A DNA stretch of 63,987 nt, the filler included, from Collodictyon triciliatum (taxonomy: Eukaryota), in assembly GCA_043381765.1 (NCBI GenBank). It is 7 parts of 7 records of this genome, joined end to end, with 100 filler letters (N's around TTAATTAATTAA, not from the genome) between each part and the next. Parts side by side here need not be neighbours in the genome. Positions count along the whole stretch, not along the records: positions 33,752 to 53,465 come from JBHJMP010000806.1; positions 53,566 to 60,618 come from JBHJMP010000808.1; positions 60,719 to 63,987 come from JBHJMP010000829.1; 4 more parts are not named here. The stretch is one strand, 5' to 3'. How positions within the stretch are numbered: the stretch's first letter is position 1; the number at the start of each line of letters is the position of its first letter. Under the pieces are notes generated by a model, which worked only from the letters and a program-made list of their open reading frames with translations, ran no database searches and was not told where the DNA came from. A program made the translations under genes and the position numbers. Of this stretch, positions 47,471 through 63,987 are shown piece by piece.

Positions 47471-48498
47471 ACAATTAGCGACATACAGTCTGGTAAGCTG
47501 TCACTTCTGTCCACTCGCATGATACGTGATTTGATTCTATTTTAGTCGCAAAGGCGAAATCCTCGTGTCTTTGAGTGGCCATTCTCGGATTCGTGCTTGA
47601 AGCGCTGGACTGTGCGTTTGCATCCGCCACATAGACTTTGCGTTTGCGTTTGGTTTGGATTGGTGGGTGTCTATCCCCAAGCTATTTCCCCTATACTAGA
47701 TTTGAGTGATGGGCTTTGCGCACAGCAGACTTACTTGTCAAGGTGTTTGGTCTTCTCATCTTTGAGCCGTGTCAGGCGTGCCCTCTCCAAAGAGCGGAAT
47801 GTGTGTTCGTTTCTGGTGCAATAGATGAGCGGACATGGCAGTCGACGTGGTACAAAAAGAAAAAGGAAATTAGAGAAGCACATCAGAAGAGAAAAAAGAG
47901 AGAANNNNNNNNNNNNNNNNNNNNNNNNNNNNNNNNNNNNNNNNNNNNNNNNNNNNNNNNNNNNNNNNNNNNNNNNNNNNNNNNNNNNNNNNNNNNNNNN
48001 NNNNNNNNNNNNNNNNNNNNNNNNNNNNNNNNNNNNNNNNNNNNNNNNNNNNNNNNNNNNNNNNNNNNNNNNNNNNNNNNNNNNNNNNNNNNNNNNNNNN
48101 NNNNNNNNNNNNNNNNNNNNNNNNNNNNNNNNNNNNNNNNNNNNNNNNNNNNNNNNNNNNNNNNNNNNNNNNNNNNNNNNNNNNNNNNNNNNNNNNNNNN
48201 NNNNNNNNNNNNNNNNNNNNNNNNNNNNNNNNNNNNNNNNNNNNNNNNNNNNNNNNNNNNNNNNNNNNNNNNNNNNNNNNNNNNNNNNNNNNNNNNNNNN
48301 NNNNNNNNNNNNNNNNNNNNNNNNNNNNNNNNNNNNNNNNNNNNNNNNNNNNNNNNNNNNNNNNNNNNNNNNNNNNNNNNNNNNNNNNNNNNNNNNNGTA
48401 ACAACGGCTGCAAAAGCGATACAAACAAGGAAACAAGATACAGACAAGAGCATTGGGCACAGAAAGAGCCGCACAGATGGGCACAACAGGGTTTTCTT

Positions 48499-50414
48499 TT
48501 ATTTGGGGTCGTACTGGGCAACGTGGAAGTTGATGATGCTCGCAGCAGACTTTGACAGGCGGTCTTGCTTTCGACCTGGTTGGATGGATTCGTGGGCGCG
48601 TTAGCAGGATTTCAAGGAGCGGTCGAGCGGGGCGCGGGCGATGATGAAAAGAATGACAGGAATAGAATGCAGAAGGCAAGATGCAATGATTTTTGCAACC
48701 AACCTGTCTTTGGGATTAGCGATGTCGATAAGTTGACAAGAGCAACTGGGCGTCTGGGCGCGAGTTTGGCCTCGGCTCGCGTTGGTCTGCGGTGCTGGGT
48801 CTGGGAATGGACGGCTGCGATAGGTCCGGTGCTTGCTGCTGGTGGCGTTGGTCGCGAGTGGAAATAGTTGGCAAACATCTTTTTCATCCCTATCGAAAAA
48901 AGAAATAGAAAAAAGAAATAGAAAAAAGAAATAGAAAAAAGAAATAGAAAAAAGAAATAGAAAAAAGAAATAGAAAAAAGAAATAGAAAAAAGAAATAGA
49001 AAAAAGAAATAGAAAAAAGAAATGGAAAAGAAATAGAAACAATTTCCATGTAAGTGATATGGTAAAGGAAAGCAGCATTTTCGATTATAAAAATATGAAG
49101 TATTCATTTAAAATGTAAAAATTGGGTCGTACTACGCTTGCGACTAGATTACAAGGTGAACTAATTAGAAAAAAGTACCCTTTTCAATTCGCCGTCGGTT
49201 ATTGAAATAAGAAACAGTTTTTTTCATCAACTCCATAATATCATGGGGAAGGGCAGGGCTGAAATAACATTTTTTTATAATTAGATTCCACAGTATTTCA
49301 CAAAGAGAAACTGTCCCTAAGTGTAGAATCGGAAAAAAATATTAAGTTAAAAAAAGAATAATAAAAAATACCAAGAAGCAGAGCCAACTCGAAACATGGA
49401 CTCGAACACGCATACTATATCCTTTTCTTCCAAAGTCTCTGCGTTCCCAAGCTCAAAAACCTTGTTCACAACTACAATGTGTGATGTCATGCATTTGAAT
49501 ATTATATGATTTCTATGCGCTATTTTTTTCTTTTTTTAAAAAAAAGGACCGCGATAGACATATTGCGTTTCATCGACTTCAAGTATGACGCAAACCTTGG
49601 AGCCGGTCATTCATATTTCCATAGTGGTAATACTCCATAAAGTCAATATATTCGTCGAAATCTATCCTCCCATTCATGTCAGAGTCGAAGCACGATAATA
49701 AATGTGCCACAATTATCATATTTTCCGATTGAAATCCACAAAAACTCTGAAGGCATTCGTGAAAGCCCTAAGATTCAGGTATTATGGGTTCAATCAAGCT
49801 CTTAATACATCAACCTTTGTTCTTCCTTATCATTCTTATTCACCTATAATTGTCAAAGTATCCATCAAACAAGCATATACCCTCAAATTGAGGACATTGT
49901 CCCCTTTTGAAAATGTGCGAAACAAGTCCAGAAGCATTTGTAATTCTCTTATGCTAACTATTTACATCGAATTAGACTATATATATTATTATTACTACAA
50001 CTTAAGGTACGAATATAACCTTGTATCAGAGATTGGAAAAGTATGCATTATATCTAATAGGTTTACGTACACCGTGTGCCAAGTCCCTTCTTTAGAATCA
50101 AAAGTTCGGAAGCAGAGATGGGTCGCTTCTTGGGGTGGAAGTATTCTTCGGGTAAAAAGAAATAGGAATGCTTTGGTAGCTGGGATTCGTGATGAAGAAA
50201 ATTTTTTTGGACTTTTCTCTGTATTTCCATGCGCGTAGGTTCTAATCACGAACAAGAAAAACTTCATGAATAAAATAAAATGTAAAATGATAAATATTGA
50301 AGTCGCGTCATGGAAAGACTCAAAAAAAAAATACACAAATCGTATACATAACCGAATTCAGACTTTGCGCCCGGGTGAGTCGAAATGTTTCATATCTCAG
50401 CTTTGACACATTGA

Positions 50415-50447
<33 letters not shown>

Positions 50448-50567
50448 GATTAAATACCAGTGTTATCTCTTTCAAATATTTTTTTTAATTAGCCATGAAT
50501 ATCGGTACCAATTAGAAAAAATATAAGGAAACGTGGTCGGCCTTCTGCCAGAGAGATGAGTTTCCAT
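48499..50567 (-). CDS. Hypothetical multi-exon protein, possibly with degenerate EF-hands
   Basis: Short exons ELQMLLDLFRTFSKGDNVLNLR|GFHECLQSFCG and VVNKVFELGNAETLEEKDIVCVF. The last intron has a GCTAAC branch point and the last exon ends ..AQYDPK* at 48499. The start is uncertain. Confidence 0.45.
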
Positions 50568-50801
50568 TTGCCACCAAAGCTGTGGAGAATGATTGGTTTT
50601 AAACGCTTGTGACTGCGATCTGCTTGTTTTATTCGGGCGTTTACAAAGTGAAGAAGGAAAAAGAAAGAAAGAAAAGAAAAGAAGAGAAGAGAAAAAGGGT
50701 TTTTTTTTTTGGATGAATGAACGAAAATGCGCTGCATTTTCTCCTTTTTTCTTCTCTCTTTGTTTCGTCTCCTTCGTTAGCGAAGCGTGTGTCTGTGGGA
50801 C

Positions 50802-53308
50802 TCAGTCGTCCTGGTTGATGAATCTGCAGTTCTTTTCCTGCCGACACTCGCCGCCGCGCAGAGGGTCGAAGGAGCATTTGTAGAAGGAGCCGTCGGCGCA
50901 GATGACTATGGTTAAGAAATGCGGGGTGGTGAGGCAGTGGCGCACAGGATATGTTCATGCGGAGAACTCGAAAAGCCTGACCGATGATGGTGTTTTTCTC
51001 TTGCCCGAACGCGCTGATTGAATGGGTCTTTGGTCCGTGGAACTGATTTGTTCGTGTGCATGAGACGGGAAGACAGACATAAGGAGGAAAAGAAAAGAAA
51101 AGAAAAGAAAGTAGATGTGGTGAGAGTCTGTTTCTACGAGGCGGCAGTTGGTAATCAAGTATTATGATTAAAGCAATAAAAATTGAAGAAAGAAAAAAAA
51201 GGAAGTATATTATGAATTAGCCAAGCTAGAATCTCATAAGCCAAAAATTTTCACTTGAGCAAAACTCCATTCAGATTCGAAGTACTTGGGAAGCACACCT
51301 TTCAAGAAAGAAAGACTGTTCCCATATATTATTTGATAAATGAGAATGCAGAGAAAATAAAAGAAGGCATGCGTTAAAATCATGATTTAATCTGCTTACA
51401 ATGTCACATGAAATTTATGTGAGCCATTGATTAACTATGGAAAAAAATACATAAGGTACTAAGCAACTTAAATTGAATTAACCTTCATAGAGGGATGCTT
51501 AAAAGGAAAACTTATATAGAAACAAAAAAAAATAGAAAAATAGTAACCTCGACCGCGGGTTACTGGCAGAGGCATTATCTCGTTCGGGTTCTCTTTACAT
51601 AAAAATTATTAATGAAAAAATTGAGGTATTACGATATCGATAATATGTTAATTGCATTTACAAACCCTTGGCGAGAAGTGGGCTCCTCAAATCTAATAAA
51701 TACAAATTTTCATTCTTGTTGGTATTATTATAATTTGGGCAAAGTAAATGAAAGTCATGTGAACAGGTGAGACACATCAAAAGACAAAATCTGATTATCA
51801 TTTAAATGAGAGGAAATTATGTGGCATACGAAGAATTAGGGTTGGGATGCGCGGTTGACAAAGAGAATATGTGGACAGTCCCTTTATCACTGGTCACCGA
51901 AAGCCACTCGGACGCATGACTGAAGCAAATGCTATAGATTTCAGCTCTGCCAAACAGAATTGAAAATACAAAATAAGGATACAAATATAGTAATCCATCT
52001 CCACCCCAAAACATAAAAGCGCAATAAAACAAAATAAAAATAGAAAAGGGAAAAAGAAGCATTATTCCCAAATCAGATTACCGACCGATCTGACCCACGG
52101 CGGAATTCATGAAGTATCTGACCGGTGATTGTATCAAAGACGCGGATAAGAGTGCCCTGTCGACAAAATGCAAAGCAAGTTACACATATCAGGCCTGATA
52201 TATAATTATTCGGCAAATACGGGTTCTCATGGAGCAGTAGACAAGTGGTTGTGCTCATGTGGGGTGGTGTCATATACTGATAATAATAATGCCACCTTTT
52301 CTGAGCTTGTGGCCAGCTTGGACCCGTCATTGTTGAGAGCCAAGCAGCTGAGATTGTTATCATGTGCCGGAATAATCGTTGTTTTCTTCTGGTCGTGCAG
52401 CTCCACATGAACGAAGCCCTTTTGGAGAGCAGGAAATGCAATGACAGAGTTTGTAGTACTCGAGCAAACGGCACATAATCCTGATTTTTTTGAACAGAAG
52501 CATACAAAAAAAAAATGATTGTGAGTCGTGGTATTCATGAGATGCATGTAAGAATATTTGCTCGACCGTGTCATTCACTTGTGATGCAAATGATAGTTTA
52601 TTGAGTAGTAGTTTTTTTTTCTATGGATAAATATGGCGAGTCGATTAATGGTAATAAAATCAAACCATGAAAAATTGAAACAAACCTGTCGGGTTTGGAT
52701 ATGTCTCCAGTTGCTGCAAAGGCTTTAAATCAGAAAAGTTGTAAATGTATACTTTCGTTTCCAAAACCACAACAATCCTGGATTAAGATTTTTCCACATT
52801 ATGAAAGTTGAAAAAATGATTTCTTTATCTTTTTTAAAGAGTTTTATTTTTCAAATGTGTACTTTTTTTTTTTTTAAAGATTCGGAGAGCAATCAATACA
52901 TGTTAATTTCCATAAATATTTCAATGGAAGCACCTGTCTCGACGAAGCCGCACCCCTTTCACTTCATTTCGGAATTCTAGTTCAACAACACATTTGTTTT
53001 GGTAATCGTCCCAAATCATAACCTAATGACGGGATAAAGTTTATTATCAATATTTTTAGTATTCAATGGAAGCACACAAGCAAAAATAATATATATATAT
53101 ATATATAATTGTGTATCATATGGAGGTTCGATACCACCAAAATAAATTTAATAATCAATTAGGGTGTCCAAGAAAGCTTTTGCATCCAATAGGATACACA
53201 TATGTACCTTGTTTGGCGGATATCTGGGGTTTCTTCCTCCGCCAACCAGAGCAAGAATGTTGCATCTAAATAGCATTTCGACATGTCCGATGCCACCACT
53301 CCCGAAAT
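50802..53308 (-). CDS. ATG18: ATG18/WIPI (WDR45/WDR45B-like) PROPPIN; 5' end truncated
   Basis: [116 protein letters not shown], including the FRRG phosphoinositide-binding motif. Confidence 0.95.
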
Positions 53309-53765
53309 CTAAAATGAGGGCGGAAAAGTTTGACGAACAAGGAAGAGAAAGGAGCGTCAAAAAATTAGCAAACAAGTAACGAACAAAACAAAAAACAAAA
53401 CAAAAAACAAAACAAAAAACAAAACAAAAAACAAAACAAAAAACAAAACAAAAAACAAAACAAAANNNNNNNNNNNNNNNNNNNNNNNNNNNNNNNNNNN
53501 NNNNNNNNNTTAATTAATTAANNNNNNNNNNNNNNNNNNNNNNNNNNNNNNNNNNNNNNNNNNNNAGATATAAAAAAGATATAAAAAAGATATAAAAAAG
53601 ATATAAAAAAGATATAAAAAAGATATAAAAAAGATATAAAAAAGATATAAAAAAGATATAAAAAAGATATAAAAAAGATATAAAAAAGGATATAAACTAT
53701 ACATTATATAAAGGACATCTTACCTCAATCCCTATTATTAATACCTATTCTTATTTTGTCATTAG

Positions 53766-56759
<2,994 letters not shown>

Positions 56760-58214
56760 GTATTAAAAAAAAACAACGAAATTCAGAAGAAAAAAAAGGA
56801 ATATAAAAGCAAAGCAAAAGCAAAGCAAAAGCAAAGCAAAAGCAAAGCAAAAGCAAAGCAAAAGCAAAGCAAAAGCAAAGCAAAAGCAAAGCAAAAGCAA
56901 AGCNNNNNNNNNNNNNNNNNNNNNNNNNNNNNNNNNNNNNNNNNNNNNNNNNNNNNNNNNNNNNNNNNNNNNNNNNNNNNNNNNNNNNNNNNNNNNNNNN
57001 NNNATACATACATACATACATACATACATACATACATACATACATACATACATACATACATACATACATACATACATACATACATACATACATACATACA
57101 TACATGCATAATTCGTTTATTATCACTATTTAGTTCATAGAGTTGTTTATTTTTTTGCCTTACCTCAACAGCTTGTCTAGTTTCTTGGCATTCTTCGTTA
57201 CTCAGACCCTGTGAGAAGAGACATGTGGAAAGAGGCTGAGAAAGAAATTAAATCTCGCTTTGCCTCTCATGCAGGCACAAGACACAGTTACAGACCAAAC
57301 CGTGAGATGCAATTCATGATTACCAACTACTTCTGCACCAATCGGACTTCAATGAGCGTCCATATGAACGAAAGTTAGAAAACCAAAGATAAAAACTCCA
57401 CCGCCTTGCAGAAATAGAAGATAAAATAAGTTAAGGAAATGGCTAACAGAGAACCTCGCGTGCAGGCCCATCACAAAGCGTTTCATCTCGTATAGCCAAG
57501 AGTCCCGCTAAGGTATGAATCATTACAAACGAGCAGCGTTACCAACAAATGGAAACTTTGCGAGTTCAAATAATGTTTTTGCTCGTTTCGCACGTTTTTT
57601 TTTGAATTCATTTCTCATATGGCGTTACACAATTAGCAACCACACACACAGTTTTATTCAGTCCTAGTTCAATCGCCTTGCTATGCAGCATCGTTGTGGT
57701 GATAGGTATGTTTGAGTGAGGATATATCTTCTCCTCGGTTGTCATTCATTTGCCGTGAATATTGCAATAAATGAGCTTCTGCAGTCATGGACATTCCTTT
57801 ATTTGCTGCTTCCTTTTTTATTGCAATTGTTTCAGATTTTCATAATACCTGGGCTTTTGTATGCTTGTGTTTTATTATCATCGGATACGAGAATGACACA
57901 AGGTTTGTATAATTCATATGTAAACTACATCAAACATGGTGTATACAGTGGCAGCGATGAATAAAGATTCATATCCAAGCTGAGAAAAAATATGTGTGAA
58001 GACCAACGCGATAACTCAAGCACAGCTGGTATGTGACGTGTGGACGTGTGTAGAACGACTCCTCGGGTTTAGATAATCGCTCATTGAAGTTAAAACATGA
58101 GACAAGGAAGGAGCGACTTTGTTGATTACAAGAAAAAAAGAAGAAAAAAAGAAGAAAAAAAAGAAGAAAAAAAAGAAGAAAAAAAAGAAGAAAAAAAAGA
58201 AGAAAAAAAAGAAG

Positions 58215-58330
<116 letters not shown>

Positions 58331-59332
58331 GAAGAAAAAAAAGAAGAAAAAAAAGAAGAAAAAAAAGAAGAAAAAAAAGAAGAAAAAAAGAAGAAAAAAA
58401 AGAAGAAAAAAAAGAAGAAAAAAAAGAAGAAAAAAAAAGAAGAAAAAAAGAAGAAAAAAAGAAGAAAAAAAGAAGAAAAAAAAGAAGAAAAAAAAAAGAA
58501 AAAGAAGAAAAAGAAGAAAAAGAAGAAAAAAAAAAGAAGAAAAAAAAGCCAATGAATAACTCTATTACATAACACACCATAAATAAACCAGACCAGTGCA
58601 AAGCGCCCATATGACGAAAACCCAGCCATCCAACCGCCATTTGCAATCAACGTTCGGAATGCTTTCGATACAGTGAACAGCATTATATTCAATCCATTGT
58701 ACAGATTAAAAGATTCTTGAATCGCAGCAGAGTTAACGTAATAAATGCAGAGAACCCTAGTTTTCCACCATTTTTGTTTCCCTCATACTGAGTTGCATAT
58801 CCTCTGTGTTTGGATTCATAAATATATACGCTCCTATCTTATGAGAAGACGACGCATGACTCTTTGGCTCTTCAAAAACTGATTTAAAAGCGTGCCTTAC
58901 TTTTCTAGATGTTCACATCGTCCATGTTGTGAAAGACGAAGTAAGACTAATTATTTTATGGACATACTGAAGATTGTTGCGAGTGTCTCATAAAACTTTC
59001 ACAGGCAAGAATTGAATGAAATGAAACAAAATAATAATATCAAGAATGTAAATAGATATATAAACATAGACTAACATAGATTAACATAGAATTTAAGGAC
59101 TGCTTAAGTTCCGCGCTTTTATTCAAAGAAAAAAAGGACTTTCAACAGGAACCAGTAAAGAAAAAAATAAATGAACAGAATCCAGCCCGCAACACTATTT
59201 ACGAGATGGTCTTTAGGTCACTTTATTTTCTTTTTCTTTTGAAATATATGAAAGGCAGTCACCTTCTAAGAATAACATGAGATGCACAGAGGTGTTTGTA
59301 TAAAGATAGAAAACCTCATCGTTCAGTACAAC

Positions 59333-60566
59333 CTATTCGTTCGGATGTCCTTGAAGTCGCGCTTGGGTTTTCATTTTCCAGCCCCTAGTTTTGTAGACTC
59401 GTGTAGCCGAGGATGAAGACTGTTTTACACAAGCACTCTTTCGGTCTAGTTCTATGCCAGGCTCTGCCTCTGCATGCACGGATGCATCATTTCCGTCTTT
59501 TCCACACGATTTGCGCTCACTTTTTTCGCCTTCATTCTGGCCACCATCTTTCGATAGCTTATGGTGCTGCTCGGAATCTGTGTATGGTGGTTCGTGCAGA
59601 CGTGTAACTGGGATTTCTGCACAAGCCAGATGAGATGGATGGAGCGCAGAGGTGTTTGAATTCAGCGGCCTTAGTGTGGTTTCTTTCCAAGTGATGTTCA
59701 AGGGAATGTCTTTTTCCTGTGTTATAATTTCGGGGTTCGGGCAGATAGAAGAATCTCTCAAATGGGATTGTTCTTCATGTGTGGTTTTGGAATCATGGAT
59801 GATGCCATCAATCTCGCCTCTTGTAAAAATATCATCAACGTCTGGTTCCATCTTTTCCGCCTCTCCACGCGTATTCGTGTGGCCGGTTTGGGATAGCGAG
59901 GCCTTTCTCTCAAGCATGCGGAAAAGAATGTCAAATGTGTTTTCTGTGTTGCTATCCGAGCCTTCATCGCCACAGCTCTCCCTTTGATTGCGAGAGGGAA
60001 TATGCAGGCAGTGATTATCTGTCAATGCAAAAGACTGTCCGGAACGTCCATTTTCAATTTGGCGAGGTATATGGTCTGAACAACTGAAAAAGTTTGTCCC
60101 AGAACCATACACAACACGAGGGGGCTCATTTGATGAAGATTCCATTGGAGAATACGGAGTCGTGGTGGTACTCTTGGTTTGTCCTTGCATCTCTTTTGGG
60201 CTAGTGTGTTGAGGTACTGGGAAGTTCTGTTCTAGGTCATCGAATCGCGAGGTTAGAGACAGTTCGCAGATGTAATCTTTGAGTGCTTTCATGCTGGATT
60301 CTCTGATGCTTGACGTCTCCAATGCTGAGAGGAGTTTGGAGCAGCTTCCATACCTGAACGTGTTAACATTTACATCAAGTTCTTTGAATCGAATAAAGTT
60401 TAATCATATTGTGACACGTGGATAGTGAAGCTTCGGAAATATACATTCTGGAGAGGAACTCGATGATTTCTGATAGGAGTGGCCCATCGGTGCGCTTTCG
60501 AGAGATGATAAGTCCGATTGCGTCCAAAAAGTCCTCGTAATATTGCTCATCAAAGATTGCACAGTC
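59333..60566 (-). CDS. 3' portion of an unknown gene with a long, probably disordered last exon
   Basis: A 329-aa open frame (59333-60322) joins in phase to an upstream exon DCAIFDEQYYEDFLDAIGLIISRK. The 5' end is lost at the spacer. Confidence 0.55.
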
Positions 60567-60849
60567 CTAGCAGAAATGAATTTTTTTAATTTTTTTTTTT
60601 TTTTTTTTTTTTTTAAAANNNNNNNNNNNNNNNNNNNNNNNNNNNNNNNNNNNNNNNNNNNNTTAATTAATTAANNNNNNNNNNNNNNNNNNNNNNNNNN
60701 NNNNNNNNNNNNNNNNNNTTTTTTGTTTCTTTTTTTTTGTTTCTTTTTTTTATTTATTGTTACTTCATGTCGTGGTTTAATCATCAGATAATCGACAGGA
60801 TAAATGATGAAAAATATGTGAAAAAAGTGTGTTATATCTGGGTATATAC

Positions 60850-62724
60850 CAGGACTAGCAGTCACCAGAATCGGTGTATTTTCATGTTCACCTTTCATGG
60901 GAATCTGAGTTATGGATAAAAACTTTGTATGAAGTGATGACCAGGGGAAAATATTTGTATTTTGCATACAAAAGGAGAAAATATCCTCAAACAGTGTTAT
61001 CTTTTATCCAAATATTCCACAACTAATCAAATTATTTGAATGGTATAAAAGAATACGAACCAAACTCCGTAACTTCTCTCTGCCTTGGGCTCTCGGAACG
61101 AAACTAGTTCTCACTTGTCTTTGCATCATCTGGTGAATTTTTCGCTGATTGTCCATAGCCTTTACAATTGATAAAGAAAAATGTGAGCCAAAAATATAAA
61201 TCAAATGTAGTAAACATATAATTATTCGAATATTGGATAGTCGAATGTCCAAAGTATTTTTTTGAAAAGAAACATTGGGATTAAAAGAAATAATCTACAC
61301 TAATAGCAGATGCAAAGTCTCGAATTATTATTGCTCTAAGATTGCGAAGGGTTTTCAAGCACATAGTTTGGATTCCGTCGTATGGCACGTAACAGTAATT
61401 TTGGCTGACATGGTTGCGAAATCTCATTTGTCGAGAATCCTAGTAAGAGTTAAAAAAAATCAATGATTAAAATTGATTTAATTCATAATGCTTCAGGGGC
61501 CATTAAGAATGAACGGATAATAGGCAAATGATACCTCGTTTTCTGCCTCTGATTCTCTGGAGTATACAATCATTCTCCCAATATCGCTCCATTTTTGTGA
61601 TAAAACAAGCTTCATCTAATGGTGCATTAATTTTCTTCAAATTTCTGCGATAGACGTTTCCTGATATCAATTAATAGATGGATTGTCCCCTTCATGTGCC
61701 ACAAGGCTGTGATTATAAATTACGTGCAGTGACAATAGGAATCATGCTTATTTCCAAGAAAGTTATCATTACAAGCACAAGTAAATCCGTATTTTTAAAA
61801 TGTGTGGCTATTGGAATTTGTGTTTCACCTCGATCTCAACAAGGCTCTTATCTGGCTGGTCGGTCAAAAATGCGTACTTTTCGCGATTATTTTCCAATGC
61901 CTTTTTTATTGACTCGCGGGGAGGAATCCAGCCATAACTGAGTGAGCAACACTTAATCACTATCATCTCATAATATGTGCAAAGACAATAGAATTATGTA
62001 AACAGCAGCAGATATGGAATATAAAGAATTAAAAGGTATTTTCAGGTAATGTCTCTTTGATTGTGAACCTTGATCCAATAAATGTGAAGTAATAATCACA
62101 GCCAGCGAGTATATCAAGGAATCGAATCCAATTCTAAAAGAATATGTTATGTAAGCAAACTTCAGTATATGAAAGCCGTGGCCAATTGGATAGAGTGAGA
62201 TAATTTGGAAAGGTAAAGCTTGATGATGATGAATAATGACAATTATAAAATACGAATATAAATAAAAATAGGAATATGATTAGGAATAGGAATATGATTA
62301 GGAATAGGAATATGATTAGGAATAGGAATATGATTAGGAATAGGAATAGGATTATGATTAGGAATAGGAGTATGATTAGGAATAGGAATAGGAATATGAT
62401 TAGGAATAGGAATAGGAATATGATTAGGAATAGGAATAGGAATAGGAATAGGAATAGGAATAGGAATAATTATCCGTCTTGTAGTGAAAAATACAAACAT
62501 CAGAGTACGAATCTTCGTCAGATAGCATCATTCCTGCCTCAGAACAGACAAGTTCAAAAACCATTCCATTTGCTTGACAAAACCATTTTATTCTGAAGAT
62601 TGAGAATCAGACTTTCGCAGACACAAATTAGATGAATTCTGTTTTTTGTATTTTTTTTGTATTTTTTTTGTTTTTTTTGTTTTTTTTGTTTTTTTTTTTT
62701 TTTTTTGTTTTTTTTTTTTTTTTT

Positions 62725-62760
<36 letters not shown>

Positions 62761-63781
62761 NNNNNNNNNNNNNNNNNNNNNNNNNNNNNNNNNNNNNNNN
62801 NNNNNNNNNNNNNNNNNNNNNNNNNNNNNNNNNNNNNNNNNNNNNNNNNNNNNNNNNNNNTTTTTTTTGTTTTTGTTTTTTTGTTTTTTTGTTTTCCCTC
62901 ATATTAAACAGAATGTGTGTGATGCAGCTAACAGAGTCAGACCTAGGCACAGCGAATCGTATAAAAGTCTTGTAATCTTCACATAGGTTGGAATCATGGC
63001 ACGCAACGCATATACGCACCACTTTTTCCACCTCAGACCTCTCATCCAGCTTCTTGACCATGCTTGCCTGGCATCCATGAATAAATAAGCAACAATAATA
63101 TAATACAAAGGGGAGGGGAAATATAATATCATAAAGATATACATATACATATATATAAAAGACCTCAAAGAAGTCGTCCAGAGCCTCTCGGTCGTTTTCA
63201 GGAATCCCAAGCGAGGAAGCCGTGGATTGAAGGTCCGAGAAATCCCTGGAGGAGAAAAGCTTGTCGAAGCGGTCTGTGCTGCGACCCGTTCGATGGTGCT
63301 GCTGCGTCGCTGTGGTTGCCGTGGCGGCCGATCGCACAGAACCCTTTGAGCCCAGCAGATTGGAGGGCGACCCGAAGTCGTCTGCCACATATGCGCGGCC
63401 CTTTGGCGAAACAAGCTCAGCATGAACGGCGTCTGTGCGAATCCCGTCGCTCGGGCTCCGAGGAATAGTCTCCTTGGCGATTTGTTGTGGATTTGTCTCC
63501 TTGGCGATTTGTTGTGGATTTGTCTCCTTGGCGACTTGTTGAGGAATAGTCTCCTTGGCGAACTGTTGAGGATTTGTCTCCTTGGCGATTTGTTGTGGAT
63601 TTGTCTCCTTGGCGAACTGTTGAGGATTTGTCTCCTTGGCGACTTGTTGTGGATTTGTCTCCTTGGCGACTTGTTGTGGAGCTGTCGGTGTATGGAAATC
63701 GTTCTGGGGTATTTGCTGTGGTGGGGGTACGGCGTGTGTGGACGATGGTGCGCGTTTTCGGTTGCTGATATTGCAGCCCAT
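60850..63781 (-). CDS. Second DUF4062-NACHT (NPHP3-like) protein with an N-terminal MGC acylation motif and 9-aa repeats; 3' truncated
   Basis: MGCNISNRK, then repeats, then VVRICVACHDSNLCEDYKTFIRFAVPR|IKWFCQANGMVFELV..ILAGCDYYFTFIGS|SYGWIP (DUF4062-like) and PILVTASPG| (start of a Walker A). Confidence 0.7.
62266..62468. repeat. (AGGAAT)-based compound minisatellite, intronic
   Basis: Units of ATAGGAATATGATTAGGA grading into (ATAGGA)n. Confidence 0.9.
63461..63679 (-). repeat. Coding minisatellite, 8 x 27 nt, encoding PQQ[VFI]AKET[NI]
   Basis: Directly visible tandem unit, e.g. ggatttgtctccttggcgatttgttgt on the + strand. Confidence 0.95.
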
Positions 63782-63987
63782 TTTCACGGTCCCTTCCGCA
63801 GAATTCTGTCCTGTATTGCGAAACCTCGTTCGGACGGGCTTTCGCTTTGGTTGCTGGTTATTGCGTATAGAATAGTTTTCTCTTGCTGGGGTATTTGCCT
63901 GAGGTCTTTCGTTTTTTGGTTTTTTTGGTTTTTTTGGTTTTTTTGGTTTTTTTGGTTTTTTTGGTTTTTTTGGTTTTTTTTGTTTTT

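Noticed and set aside
63461-63679. Regularly spaced 27-nt repeats as a CRISPR array
   Set aside because: There are no unique spacers; these are head-to-tail in-frame coding repeats in a eukaryotic exon.

Overview
AT-rich, intron-dense nuclear DNA from an unidentified eukaryote, probably a flagellated protist (it has CFAP221- and CEP112-like genes and a mitochondrial HslU). The window is not one locus. It is seven assembly pieces joined by artificial N-TTAATTAATTAA-N spacers (9309, 19624, 26632, 33696, 53510, 60663), and most breaks fall in microsatellites. Hand-spliced genes: HslU, a type II membrane glycosyltransferase-like protein, two DUF4062-NACHT (NPHP3/TTC41-like) proteins with different N-termini, the 5' half of an ABCC transporter, CEP112-like, TORTIFOLIA1/SPIRAL2-like, Spt20-like, an intronless multipass membrane protein, ATG18/WIPI, CFAP221 and several unknown genes. 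The main finding is a decayed Fanzor1 (eukaryotic TnpB-type RNA-guided nuclease) at about 7.5-9.1 kb on the minus strand. It retains all three RuvC acidic residues and the Zn finger and has a candidate 85-nt intron. A multi-stem structured sequence overlapping its 3' end (7431-7566) is a good omegaRNA candidate. All family calls come from motif recognition by eye, no searches were run, and exon boundaries are approximate.
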